A DNA stretch of 63,005 nt, counting the filler, from Rhabdomonas costata (taxonomy: Eukaryota): assembly GCA_019059605.1 (NCBI GenBank). It is 22 parts of 22 records of this genome, joined end to end, with 100 filler letters (N's around TTAATTAATTAA, not from the genome) between each part and the next. Parts side by side here need not be neighbours in the genome. Positions count along the whole stretch, not along the records: positions 23,023 to 25,787 come from JAHMHO010002111.1; positions 25,888 to 28,651 come from JAHMHO010002112.1; positions 28,752 to 31,516 come from JAHMHO010002113.1; positions 31,617 to 34,382 come from JAHMHO010002114.1; positions 34,483 to 37,245 come from JAHMHO010002115.1; positions 37,346 to 40,108 come from JAHMHO010002116.1; 16 more parts are not named here. The stretch is one strand, 5' to 3'. A program made the position numbers and the translations under genes. Numbering within the stretch: position 1 is the first letter of the stretch; every line of letters begins with the position of its first letter. The notes beneath the pieces are model-generated. The model was given only the letters and a program-made list of their open reading frames with translations. It was not told the origin of the DNA and made no database searches. This document shows, in pieces, positions 25,101 through 37,984 of this stretch.

Positions 25101-26282
25101 TATACATGTATAAAATGTTGGACCAACCACAGTAGCCTTTTCGTTGTGTTTTTTAGCTGGTTCCATCGCGGACACGGCAATGTCACTATTATAAGAGGTC
25201 TGTCTTGGCTCATGTTTTACGTAAGCATCAGGTAAGCCCGTGCGGAGTGGGAAGTGGAGAGCTTGTTTGCGTACCACCTGACGCATCTGCTTGTCTAATT
25301 TAATAATAATTTAATAATTTTCCGTATCGAATGTTTCGGAAGAACTATCAAAAGCGGTTGTTGGTTATGTTGGTTGAATTTGGACGTTTTGTGTTGTTTG
25401 AACAATAAAACCTGTTGCGTGAGTGCTGTTGCAAATTGTAGTTTGTGTGAGAACGGAAGTGAACTAATTCCAATGCTATATCTCATAACATTGAAAACAA
25501 TGCCACCCAACTCAGAGCCAACAGTCTCCGCGTCCACATGGCCGCATCACTCAGCTCTGGTCTCCTCCCACCACCAACGTGTGACCAGTCTTCTTGTGAG
25601 TCTGGCATATGAAGTCGACATCCACCTCTTGTTTGCCAGAAGAATTATTTGATTCATGGTGTCCTCTTCATCCATTTACTGTAACTGCGTGGTTTCATAC
25701 ACGATTTACTCCTGTGGCGCTTGGACTCGATGCTTAACTTGATAGACACTCACGGCCACTCGACCTCTGATATACGTCACACCCACCNNNNNNNNNNNNN
25801 NNNNNNNNNNNNNNNNNNNNNNNNNNNNNNNTTAATTAATTAANNNNNNNNNNNNNNNNNNNNNNNNNNNNNNNNNNNNNNNNNNNNAAAGCAAGAGAGA
25901 GGCGAGCACCACACGGAAGGAAGCACTTCTCCGGAGGCTGGTGGGGGGGGATAGGGATGAGAACAGCTCACCGGCAAAATGAGGCGGAGTCATGTATCCC
26001 GACAAATTGGCCTTGCACCAGGCTGTGTCCCTAGGTCAAGTAGAGGGGCCAGTGGGCGACGTACGTGTCTCTCCTAAGACCGGATTTAGATTTTGGTTGG
26101 GATAGTGGTTCATTCAAAAGCGATGTCTGTGGCGGGGTCTCAGTGGAACGCTATCAGGCAAAGTGCTCATGTGTCTCAGAGGATCAATGCTTCCGTGGTG
26201 CGGCCTTCGGCACCTCACTCATCCACATTCATCAACCTGACAGAAATTTCCTGACAGCAGAGAGCGGACGCCAAAAACACAC

Positions 26283-27606
26283 CTTGCCTTGACCCGAGGG
26301 TGGGTCGCCCCTTTGACGCGGCAGGGCGTAGCTCAACAGCAGGCCCCCGCAGGTCACCCCCCAGGGCAGCCAGCTTCGCAAGCCGTGATGGTACGCCAGC
26401 ACAGCTCCCACGGCGGTGCACCCGGCTCTCAGAAGGGGCGCCAGACGCTGCAGTCCGAGGCGGGGAGCTTTGGCTCGCCTGCCCATTTTCGGGGGAGACA
26501 AAGGGCTTCGCGGTTCCGGCCCGGGCTCTCCTTCGGCAGCAGCCTTCCCTTCGCCGCTCTCGCCGGGCTGCTCGGCCTCCTCAAGATTCTGCGGAAAGAG
26601 CGGCAGCCTCCTTTGTGAGAAAAGCTCGACACAGCAACCAATCCAATCAGAAAGAAAAAACTGCCGCCAAGAACCGCTCACTCTGCGTGTATACAACACT
26701 GCCTATCATTTCATCAGTTTACAGAGTGACAACGATAGCACAACGAGGTTTTTCTCAGCACAAGAAGTGGTAAGAAGGCACAGAAATGGTGTCAGACAGG
26801 TGTAGCTATGCAGCCAATCCATGCCGGAAGCGCGAACCCTGCAAAAGGGCAACGTGCTCGGAAAACCAATACACTACTAAAATGTAAGATAACACTTGGG
26901 CTCGGAGTCTGCGGGTCCCTACCGGAAGAAACCGTTGGAAGAAACCGAAACAGAAGAGATCGAACTTCTGTTTCCATCTTGATCATTGATCATCTTCATC
27001 ACCATTTTGCATGAATTTCTCACTGAGTCGGATTCAGTGGAGCAAAAGTCAAGGACCTGCACTATACATGGTCGGAACCTCGCTTCCTCAAACGAGAGCG
27101 CGCGAAAACCTCAGACGGAGCACAGCCACAAAATTGTGCAGACCTCACTGTGACAGCGGTCAAGGACGCAGGCTGCTCGCGCGGGGCAAAGCTCGACAAA
27201 CAGGAAGTGCGGCTGAATCTGCGCCATAACCTGAGACACCTCCTTCGCGCTCTGTGGGACAAAGATAAGGACATTTTGAAAACAAGAACTGTTTCTCAAC
27301 ACGGAATGAGGCACTTGCTGCACAGCGGATATCCACCGTACACTTGATAACAGCAGAAAACCATATAACAACTAGAACGATGGCACTTCGAGCCCACACA
27401 ATCTCCAGCTTTGGTCCCGGGACAATCAACTCGACAAACCCGGCAGGGTGGCACCATACTTCAATTCTCGATGTCTCTCATCCCCTCCAACCACGACAAA
27501 GGGCCGGCCCGATCCACCGGTCATGGATCCTCCGCAATTCCCTCGCCGCGTTTTACAGCACACCTTTTTGGAAACATGAGCAGTGCCGACGACATAAATC
27601 ACACAG
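26283..27606 (-). CDS. TraB-domain protein (TRABD-like), partial
   Basis: Exons 27606-27564 and 27251-27144 give CVIYVVGTAHVSKK|SAKEVSQVMAQIQPHFLFVELCPAR, with the GTAH and VELC TraB motifs. A probable next exon is 26588-26283. Confidence 0.85.
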
Positions 27607-30600
27607 CTGGGCGAATGCAGCAAGGATACGGACGATGGTAGTCGCGAAGGAGCCCCAGCCATTAACAAAAATGAACGGAGGATGGCGAACCAGAAAACAA
27701 TGTAACACTGTGTAAAACATGGTCGAAAATCGAGCGAAAGATACCACGCTGTCATTCTAGCCGGAGACATCTGAGGTTTGGTGGTGCGAGGAGGTACACA
27801 TAATCAGGCACTGGTGGAGGGTTACCTCAGATTACAAATTCGGGGAACTGAAGGTAAACCATCAGCAATTGACAGAGGCGCCATCAAAAATGGGGAACCA
27901 ACATATTGCTTGCAATGAAACCGGACGTATGCTATCCTTTCGTACCTCTCTCCCTAGATATCCGATGGAGCTGGTGGGGATCAAAAAGTTTAAAAAGTCA
28001 GTAAGGGAGACGAGGAAGACGAGGTGCCATTGCTGACCTCCCGCGGGGCATTTAGCAATTAGCAGTGGAAATGCCGGAGTTACTGCGAGACCAGTTACCG
28101 CTTGGTTGCATAAATGCTATTGCTCGTCCTTTGAGGTGGCTACTGGACGACTAATTGGAGGAAAATGAAAGATGTTCGGGCAGCTCTTTTCACAACCCAC
28201 CGGGTGCATGGGCACCTCTCAGTACAGTCACTCAGTACTCCGGAGATGAACCAGAATCTTGTGGAGAAGGCGTGCTGCCGCAAAGAAAAGAGGGACAAAA
28301 AGGGGGAAGAGAGCAAAAACAATGAAAAAAAAGGGGCTCCTCAAGAAATCAAATCATGATCTGTTTCGTGCTCACTCAGCACAAAGGTTCATTCCAGCAG
28401 CAGAAACCACAGGAAAGCGTCTCGCGGAGTGCAACTCAGAGCTCACAGTGCCGTTTTTCCCCCGCCCCCTGAAACCTGAAAGGGATTGCTCTTACAATGG
28501 CGCCCCCACCCTCTCACAGCACCAGAGCCTGAGAGGAGCACGTATCTCGTGGTCCTCCAGTGCTCCTCGAAGTACATCTCACCCTGGTTGTCAGGAAATG
28601 GTTGTAATGATGAAGATGATGACACAGCGACTGAAAAGGGAAAACAAACCCNNNNNNNNNNNNNNNNNNNNNNNNNNNNNNNNNNNNNNNNNNNNTTAAT
28701 TAATTAANNNNNNNNNNNNNNNNNNNNNNNNNNNNNNNNNNNNNNNNNNNNTGTTGGAAGGCGGAGTGTGGTGCACCACAAAGCACGAGAATGAAAGTGG
28801 GACTGTGCGCCGAGAGGGAAGAGGGGCGGGGGACATGGGTAACCGCTAACAGTGGTTTGCTGGACAGGCCACCACACACGCACCACAAAAATATTTTTTG
28901 GCCAAGTGGGCTCGCCAAAAAAGGTCCATAAACGGCGCATCGCCTGCAGCCCCTTAAATGCATCCGGCTTAAAACACAAAACAAAATACCGAAGTACCCA
29001 AGAGGGAGATGTACAAGGCTGCATTGGGTTCACATTTGTGTGCTTTTCACTGAGCCCGTTGCTTTTTTGTTTATTTTTCTGCTTTTTTTCTGCGTCCTGA
29101 TTCCTGGAATTTTTTATAAGGGCATTACAAGACCTCCCATGTCTACCTCAGAAACCTTGCAAGCTCTGACGGTATGTTTTTTTAGAGGAATGTTGATTGG
29201 TGGATTTTTAGCGGATGCTTTCACATTCTTCTCTGTTTACTGCCTTCAGGATGTAATTCGATTTGTCGATTCGGTGCGTCGGGGAGAAGCTGCTTGCAGG
29301 TGGCGTTGGGAGAACGTTGTGGTCGAACGGAGACTCTGTAAATACCTGTACAAAGCCTGCGTGTCCTTTTGATTCTTGTTGTGCTGAGTTTTTTTTCGTG
29401 CTCCTAGGCGATCTGCGGAACTCCCGTCTCACTTGGCGCAACTGGCAACGCGCCGGAGGGAAACTTTAGAGCGAATCAAGGCTGCAACTGCAGCGTGCCT
29501 GCCTCCGGTGCGTCGTTGTGCGGATTTTATTTGGTATTATTCTTTTAGGTTTTTTTCAGCGTTGTTGACCGCTGTTTTCATATTTTCTTTGGAACAGGGC
29601 AGTGTACCTGACATTCAACAATCAGTGCCTTCTACGTTAGTTGAAGAATAAAATCTCGATGCCGCATATGCGTCTCTCTGTCCCTCAGCGACTCAAACGC
29701 CGCCTGTTGGGCTCGGGAGAAGTACGATCAGCCGTCTTGATCTCGTTGATTTCTCTCTGCAGTTCTGAAACGTTGCCGGATTTTTCTCCAGAGATGAAGG
29801 GATGAAGTGAGCCTCATTTGCTGTGGATGCGGGCCCCTCGCGTTGTTCGGGCCTCGGGTTGCTCTAAGAGGTTACCGACCTTCCTCACATCCGCGTTTCG
29901 AAGGCAGAGATATGCTGCTTGATTCGGAGCACCCCAGTTCCCCAGTTGGGATTGTATTTTGTTTGTGTCTGGTTCTGTATTGTTGCGGCGCAGGGTTGAG
30001 GGTTGTTTAGGAGGCTAAGGTTTGCATTGGTTTTTTCCTTTCATTCATTCAGAGGGTTTCATGCGTCTGCGCTGACTTCTTGGTTTGAGATTATTGACTT
30101 CCGTATTGTACAACTGTATAAGGGGGTCGATCGTCGGTTACTGTTCTATGAAACAATATCAATTGAATCAACCAGTTTCGGCCTATTTTCGAATGACCCT
30201 GACCCCATTTTCTAGAGGCGGGTACGTACAAAGATGTGCTTTCGATGTGCTCGGTGTTGTTTGCAGTAGTTTGAGGATATTTGAATCTGTAGGCGATCCC
30301 CAAGCAGGGCCCGGTGGTTTCTGGTTTCTTGCAATCGTTTGAAGGTAATGATGAGATAGTTTCCTCGAGGTGTGGGAAGGATGGAGGCGAGGAGAGTGTG
30401 ATCGATTGATCTGTGCTGCTGTTTGCCCGATTATCGAGAAGAGCAAAAACAAAAAACGGAAAACCGAAGGAAAAACTTGGATACCTTGATCACGAGTGGG
30501 GGATGAATTGACAGGGGATTATTGTTTTGAAAGTTTCACTCAATTCTGAAAATATTGGTGAACTCTTACGTCATGGCGACTATGACTGACGTTTTACAGC

Positions 30601-32153
30601 ATCTTTGCTTTGCAGTGTTTCACTTTAGTTTGCTCCGTTTCAATTTGGGGCTTCGCTCTTCTGGATGGCGACGCGTAGAGGACTGCGTACCTCGCTACGA
30701 TTTCGCTGTCGTGGGTTTTCCACCGTCAGCCCCCCTGCATGGATTTCTGAGCTACGCAAGGTATCTTCCGCCTTTGAGAAGGCATAAAGAGAGTTTTTTT
30801 GTCAGGTGCAATAGCCTTCGAATCGGAGCACAACGACGCCGTGAATAGAGCTATTCCACAGCGTCGTCTTTTTTGACTTGGGGACAGTGTTCTGGTCACC
30901 CCTTCACCCTTTGCAGCTTGCTCTGGCTGACAAGAAGCACGCCATTTCTTACGACTTTACCTTTTTTGAGGACCAGAAATTCGAGGCGATGAGGTCTGCG
31001 CCACCTCTTTGTTTGTGCCCAGTATTCCAGGCCATTAATCGGGTTCCCATTTTCTTTGCTGCTGGTTTTTCAGGTTCGAGTTTGACCCCTCTGTCTGGGG
31101 TGCGATTGACCTTTCATCTGCGTTGAAGTCGGGCCTGTGTCTCGGCCAGGAGCAGCGCGTGTACACTCTCATCGGCGAGGGCTTCAGTTTTCCCGACGCC
31201 ATGGACAATCCCCTGGTCAACAGCCCCAGTGTTCCTGCGAGGTAACTGGGCTTTGTTGTTTTTCTTTGTGATGTACCTCGACTGCTAGAGTTGCATCAAT
31301 GGAAGTCTTCATTTTTTCCTTTTTGCGAACATACTTCGAGGATCCACCAGACGGTTGCCTGTTCCTGCGTTTTTGATTAGAGTCGTTAGTTGACACCATT
31401 GTGGTTGCCAATGCTTTAGTAGACACAACGGAAACAGACATAGCTGTCCCTAAGTCAAAGAATAAAAGCTCCTCATTTTCTCCTCACTCGCTCCTTATTA
31501 TCCGTCACACCCCACANNNNNNNNNNNNNNNNNNNNNNNNNNNNNNNNNNNNNNNNNNNNTTAATTAATTAANNNNNNNNNNNNNNNNNNNNNNNNNNNN
31601 NNNNNNNNNNNNNNNNGTTTTTGGGTTGCAGTAGTGGGTTTCGACCAGCGGGTATGAGACCGATCCGTCGTCGTCGGACTTATCCTCGCTGATCGAAACC
31701 CCCGTTTTTAGCGTTTCCAGCGGAAACCGCCGGATACCAGCCGGAAACCGACAGGAAACCAATGGAAACGAAGACTTGAAGATGTTCTTGTCGTCCATGA
31801 GGGCGATACACCCCATCCCATGGGATTCCGATAAAAGCTATTGCAGAGGGTTAGGTGGCGACAGTAGTGTTTTTTGATGTTCCAAAATATCAGCAGCAAA
31901 TCCACCAGAATAAAGCCCTGCATCGACCTCAAAACTCGAGCAGAGGGTTTGTGTTTGGTGCTCTTGAAATGAGTTGGCTGACCGCTTTTGGGCCTCGGGT
32001 TTGTTTTGCTTGTCGAGAAACGGCCCACTCCAGACGCCTTTTTAAGTGTGTCTCTGGTCGCCTGTGGCCGTGGTTTCAACCGGAAGATTTGGGTACCCTC
32101 CCACACCTTCACACCCATGCCTATGCGCCCTGCGTCCCCTGCATCCGCCTCAG

Positions 32154-32264
32154 TCCTACCTCTTGCTCTCGGGAGATGACCTGAAGGAGATGGGGTTCCC
32201 CCTGGGCCCCCGGAAGCTGCTTCTGGAGGACATCAAGGCCCGGCAGGGTGGGGCGTCGCAGTGA
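32154..32264 (+). CDS. Terminal exon of a SAM-domain protein
   Basis: CAG acceptor followed by SYLLLSGDDLKEMGFPLGPRKLLLEDIK...stop, the C-terminal half of a SAM domain. Confidence 0.85.
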   Translation, partial: SYLLLSGDDLKEMGFPLGPRKLLLEDIKARQGGASQ

Positions 32265-33769
32265 GGGGAGGGGGACAGTGCCCATGGTGCCCACTATTGC
32301 CCTTTTCGGTGGTTGGAGATTGTGTGCACTGACGGTGCGGATAGAGAATGCCTTGAATGTCATCTGCGGTTTCATGGCTGGGGTGGAAGATCCGTTGTCC
32401 TGGACACAAAAAATTTCGCTTGTGCTGTCTTTTTTTTTCTCTGCCATTCTTTCCCCCAGACTCAGTTTTCATGTGCACCGGACAGCGAGAACCCCTGTGC
32501 TTTTTTTTGCTTGGTTGCTTCCTTTGATTTCAAAACCTCGTCAGCTTTGAGGGACCACAAAGGAAGGGTTGCAGCTGAATTTCTGGCAAAGCGTGACGTT
32601 TTTGGATTACAGTGTCTTTTTCATCGGTGACTTTTTCAGAACATTTGATGAGGCCGAACGGACCGGGCCACCCAGGTGGGTCAGTAGGATTCGGCCCTTT
32701 TACAGACGGTTCAGAAGCAACGAAACCCAGACAGAGATGCAGACAGATCGAGCAGATTGAGCTGAATCGCTCCCTCCCCGAGTTTGTCGTGAGAGAAGTT
32801 TTCGAGAAAAAACGAGGATGGCCAATGCGGAGTAGGGGGTTCAACATGTATGGAGTATGCGACCATCGGGAGCATAGGACCGGCAAAAACAAAAAGGGGC
32901 CCCATGAATCTGTATCTCTACCTTTTTTCGCATCTGGTGAAGGTTACGCTTACATTGGGGTTCATCTTCACGGAGGGCAGGGCATCGTAGCATCTCGTAG
33001 ATGACATGCCCGTAGTAGCATCACCCTAAGTTGCATCTCAGTTCCCCTTCGACAAGCGTTCTGGGTATCAGGGTGGTGATGTCAGTGGTGGAAGTGGCAT
33101 TCCTCTCACTCGGCATCAACCATGCCCTGTTGCTCCTCCTGACACAGCATGACAACAAGGTGGGTAGGGTCGGTACCAGCCATGGTACTCCCAACGCCTA
33201 CATGGTGGTAGAGGCGTAACAACCACGTCAATCCATCACGTAGAAGGAAGGAGGGTGTCATGGTCGCTGCCTCATGACATTACGATGGGTTGGAGTGGTG
33301 GTTCAGGTCGTAGGAGTGGTGGGTGCCACTACGCTATCCCTAACGCCATGTCTACTAAAACCACTAGGTACCATGCGTAATGTCTACAACTAGGGTAACT
33401 GAGCCCCTAGGTAGGGCATACACACATAGTTACTATGGTGTGTGTCAACTGGAACGTAGGGCCATGTGACGTGTGTCCAACCTTTGGGGTACGTCAACGG
33501 CTCACCCTACGCCATGGCAGCCGCATCTCAGCACGTACAGTTGACCAACCTGTGGCGTTCCTGCACAACCTTGTCTTGACTGTTACCAGTGGCCATCTAC
33601 TAGCATACTCCATCGTTGCCAACGTCATCACGTGGGGGCGTCTGGATGCCTTGCCATTCGTGTGGTGGATCGTGTTTCTGCACAGTAGGTATGAAGGCTA
33701 ACTTGCTCACTTTGTGTGGTGCCGTATTGCGTCCGACACTTACCTAGGAGCTCCCGAGGGACATCTGCA

Positions 33770-34310
33770 GAACCGACACCAGAGACAGAAACGGAATCGG
33801 AGACAGAAACAGACACAGGACCAGCACTGGAGACAGAGCCAACACCTGACACAGAAGCAGCACCGGACACAGAACCTGACCCCGAACCCTGAGACACAGA
33901 CACGAAGGCAACGACCCCGCAAACGAACACCACCATCCACTGCACACCACTCTCCCCACCAAGGCCCAACGTCCCACAGCACACCACCAGCCACCCTACG
34001 ACATACTCTACGACACACCCTACAACGAGCAAACGGAGACCACAGACAACGCAACCCACCACCAGGAACGCCAACAGCCCCAACGTGACACCGATCCCAC
34101 AACCAACGCTACAGCCAGAGAGACAGAGACAGACACAGCCCAACCACACCAACGCGAACACCAACAAACCCTCCACCACACCTCCAACACCAACGCTACT
34201 CCCAACACCAACAGCAGCCCCTACACCTACACCAACACCTAACCCTACACTTACGCTGGACACAGAACCCGACACAGAACCACACACAGACCACACACAG
34301 ACCTAACCCA
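33770..34310. repeat. C/A-rich low-complexity tract with GACACAGAACC-like units
   Basis: T-poor, with reiterated (GA)CACAGA and ACACCA motifs. Confidence 0.8.
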
Positions 34311-34482
34311 TAGAAGAACACACGCGTACGGAAACGAAGGCAGAGACCGGTCTACCATCTTGAGAGTGCAAAGCCGGACAGGNNNNNNNNNNNNNNNNNN
34401 NNNNNNNNNNNNNNNNNNNNNNNNNNTTAATTAATTAANNNNNNNNNNNNNNNNNNNNNNNNNNNNNNNNNNNNNNNNNNNN

Positions 34483-37245
34483 GGTTGTTGGTGATTGCTG
34501 GGGAGCTGAAGCGCTCTGACCCCAACATCGACGAGCGCAGGTGTGTGGGTGAGTCCAAAGAGAGAAAGGCAAATTCTCTCCGAAAGCCCTTTCGCATTCG
34601 GCAACACGGAGCAAGTGACAACTAATGGCAACTATGGTATTCACTAGGGATTGTTGAAAACCAGAAATTCAGCAAATGACTTTAAGATTGTAGACAAGTT
34701 TTGCCATTTTCCGGTTGTTAGTCTTTTTTTTTCTTCCAAATTGTGCACTAAAAGCTTAGGAACGATGAACATGTCCCTCCTCTGTTTTTTCTGTCGCGCT
34801 TCCTGAGAGTGTAGAGCCAGAATGGCGGCGAATTGGGTCGAATGGCAAGCACCTCCATTTCACTTCCTCCTGCAGGACCCTGATGCGAGCCCTGCGAGAC
34901 ACCAACATGGCGAAGCTCTCCAAGGATGACGTGTACGTCTTCATGAAGCTCATCCAGGCGCTGTTTCCGAACATGGAGGTGTAAACATTATTCGCACCTC
35001 TCAACCCATTCCCTGAATTTTGTGCGGTACCCTTCCAACGGAACTCTTAATAAGCAGGAGTGAGGGAGCCCATTGCGTTCCGGGGCCCAGCATCCTCAGG
35101 ACGGCAAGCTCATTTACAACATTTTTTTTTGGCTTTTTATGGGCACTGGAAACCAGGTTCCAGGGCACGCACTTTACAAGACCTTTCCCACGGTTGTTGA
35201 GTTCGGTATCCGCTCCCAGCGCATCTTTTCCCCCTTCTTTCCTGCAGGTCCCGGTGAAGGTGTACCCGGAGCTGGTGACGGCGTGCAAGAAGGCCGCGGC
35301 GGAGTTCGGGTTCCTGCCAGGCGAGAACGATATCTTCATCACCAAGGCGGTGCAGTACAAGGAGCTGCTGGACGTACGGCACTCCGTGTTCATCATCGGG
35401 CCCGCAGGCGCGGGCAAGACCAGCCTGTGGCGCACCCTGGCTGCGGGGTTCACCCTGCAAGGGGACAAGACGGTCACCGAGATCATCAACCCCAAGGCCA
35501 TCACCTCCAACGAGCTGTACGGGTACATCCACGAGCAGACTCGGGAGTGGAAGGACGGGCTCCTCAGCAGGATCTTCCGAGACCTTGCCCAGCTGTCGAA
35601 GACCAAGAAGAACAGCAAGTGGATCGTCCTGGACGGCATTATCGACGCCGAGTGGTATGCGTTGAAGGGGATCGGTTGTCTCATTTCCACATCCTCACCC
35701 TCCGCGATCTCCACACTGCTATTTGGCCATTTCCAGGCCCCGATCCGGAGTATACAAATTATACATACACACATTACTGTGCAGTACCACACCGTATGTA
35801 CACCCACTCTCACACATTTAGAGCTCCCGCTTGGTTCTTGGTTCTCAGCGTCCTAACAAACTCTCCGGCTGCCTAGGAACAAATGCAGTGCACTGGAGAG
35901 GTGGTATGTTCAGAGGTGGTGTATTCAGTCCAAAATATGTCAGATTTTCATCGCGGACTTTACAGTCACATCAGTGTGGGGAAACGTCCACGACGGCGTT
36001 CACCCACTTTCGGAGTTTGCCCAGCTTGACCAACCTTCGGAGATCGCTCTGTTTCTTTCTTCAAACCATGATGTTGTCACCTGCCATCTAGCGTGCCACG
36101 ACCGCAGAGACCAATATCTATCAGCAACTCCGAACCTAAAAGCCAATGCTTGCCGATATGGAGGCTGCCGATGAGGGTGTTCATCATTGCAGTGGGAACT
36201 TGAGCACATCGCACGGTGTTGTGTCACCAGCGGCATGCGAGCGCCCCTCAAGGACAGACTACGGTGTAGCACGGCGACACATGCGGACGAGCACCATTTG
36301 CTTTCGTTTGGAGCCCCTCCACCCAGTAATCCGACCGGTCATCCCATGGGGCACATCTCAGGATTGAGTCGATGAACACGGTGATGGATGACAACAAGAT
36401 GCTCACCCTGGCCAGCAACGAGCGTATTCCTCTGACCGCCTCGATGCGCTTGGTGTTCGAGATCAGCCACCTCCGCAACGCCACCCCGGCCACCGTGAGC
36501 CGCGCCGGGATCCTGTACATCAACGAGACCGACGTGGGGTGGGGGCCCTTCAAGGACAAGTGGGTCGCTCAGCGCACTGACGCCAAGGAGCGCAACTACC
36601 TCGACATGCTCTTCGACAAGTATATCCCCGCGGTGTTCGACTACTACAAGAAGACCATGAAGCCCATTGTGCCCATCGTGGACCTGAACTTTGTTCAGGC
36701 ACGCTCATTTACCGATGCTCCTCCCCATCTCCTCGTTGCAAGTTCCCCGTGCTAAGTCGGTGAATGAGGTGAATGACTGTGCGGTTGCGCTGGAGCTAGT
36801 GCTGTCATGCTGATTATAATGTCCCTTACTCCAGGCCACTCGCCAAGCGAAATCCAAACTGGAGCCCAGAAAATCTCCAGTTAGGCATGTGCAAGCGAGG
36901 GAAGAGCAGGACGTGATCTTGCGTGATGTTGCGCAGGTCGTTGCTGACGGTGTGCGGAATGGGGGTTCTCGAGAGGTTGAGAATGGTCCTGTTTTGTTTT
37001 CCTCAGACGCTGACCCGCCTGCTGGACGGGCTGCTGACGGAGCAGAACCTCCCTCCGGGTTCTTCCTCGGACTTGTACGAGAAGTACTTCGTGTTCGCGC
37101 TGATCTGGTCCTTTGGGGGCCCCTTGCCCTCGGACGGTCGCACGGACTTCCGCGCTCTGTTCAACATCTGGTGGAAGCGGGAGTTCACCAGCGTGAAGAT
37201 CACCGAGGCGGGCAGCGTGTTTGACTATTACATCGACCCACAAAC
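34483..37245 (+). CDS. Axonemal dynein heavy chain (outer-arm beta-like), AAA1-AAA2 region, partial
   Basis: Exons 34483-34540, 34876-34978, 35248-35654, 36362-36698 and 37007 to contig end. They encode LMRALRDTN, the P-loop GPAGAGKT, WKDGLLS, and WIESMNTVMDDNKMLTLASNERIPLT..ATPATVSRAGILYIN. Confidence 0.97.
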
Positions 37246-37345
37246 NNNNNNNNNNNNNNNNNNNNNNNNNNNNNNNNNNNNNNNNNNNNTTAATTAATTA
37301 ANNNNNNNNNNNNNNNNNNNNNNNNNNNNNNNNNNNNNNNNNNNN

Positions 37346-37984
37346 GTGGGTGGGTGTCCAGCCCGAGACCGGGTGCAAGCTGGTGCGTGATGGAGATGTC
37401 GACGGCGGTCGGGTCAACGTTGTAGTGCGGCAGGAAGATGTCCGCCGGGCGCTGTCTCCCCCCAATGTGGCTGGGCTGAGACCGCTCGACTGGCAGAAGC
37501 GGGCGAGTTGCTCCACAGCTGCCTCGTGCCTGGGGTGGAAGTCCACTTTTTTGCAGCAGACGAAGTGGTCACCAAACCGGTCGGCCGATTGGCAGAAGGG
37601 GCAGGTGATGGGGTCAGCTTCGGCCGAAGAGTTCGATGACACCACTTCGTGGCCAAGCCAGCACCGGAGGAGAATCCGAAAGGTGTGAGGTTGGAGTTCG
37701 AGTCCAATTGCTCGGGAGGGAACTACGCGGAGCCACGCGCCTACGTTGGGGAAGTCCTGGCACTGGAGCCTCACGAGGTCACGCCCGCCGAGCAGAGATC
37801 GCAGGTTTTCTCCACCTTTCACGTGTGTCTTCTCCGTCCACCACTTCTGGGACAGCCACTCGATTTCGGGCATTTCTGGCAGCGCCTTCTCAACAAGCCA
37901 CTGGTGGAGACACAACACTGCGCGGAAAGTGCCTGGCACAGATCGGCCAAGGTATCCAGTGGGACTGCGGTCCAACCCCTCCAC
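37346..37984 (-). mobile_element. Non-LTR retrotransposon fragment with restriction-like endonuclease (CRE-like), frameshifted
   Basis: GAWLRVVP..L.L.P..FRILLR..LG, a CCHC knuckle CPFC..D.FGDH..CC and RHEA. After a frame change near 37455 it reads RPADIFLP...VDISITH, the RLE PD..D motif. Confidence 0.88.

Noticed and set aside
28752-31516. Exon-like stretches in this contig, and in 8685-11453, 11553-13100, 45933-48704 and 55260-57000
   Set aside because: Splice-like signals are present, but there is no recognisable protein family to fix the frame or product.
33628-34296. V/G/S-rich 222-aa ORF as a membrane or mucin-like protein
   Set aside because: It is best explained by the C/A-skewed low-complexity tract, which leaves several frames open.
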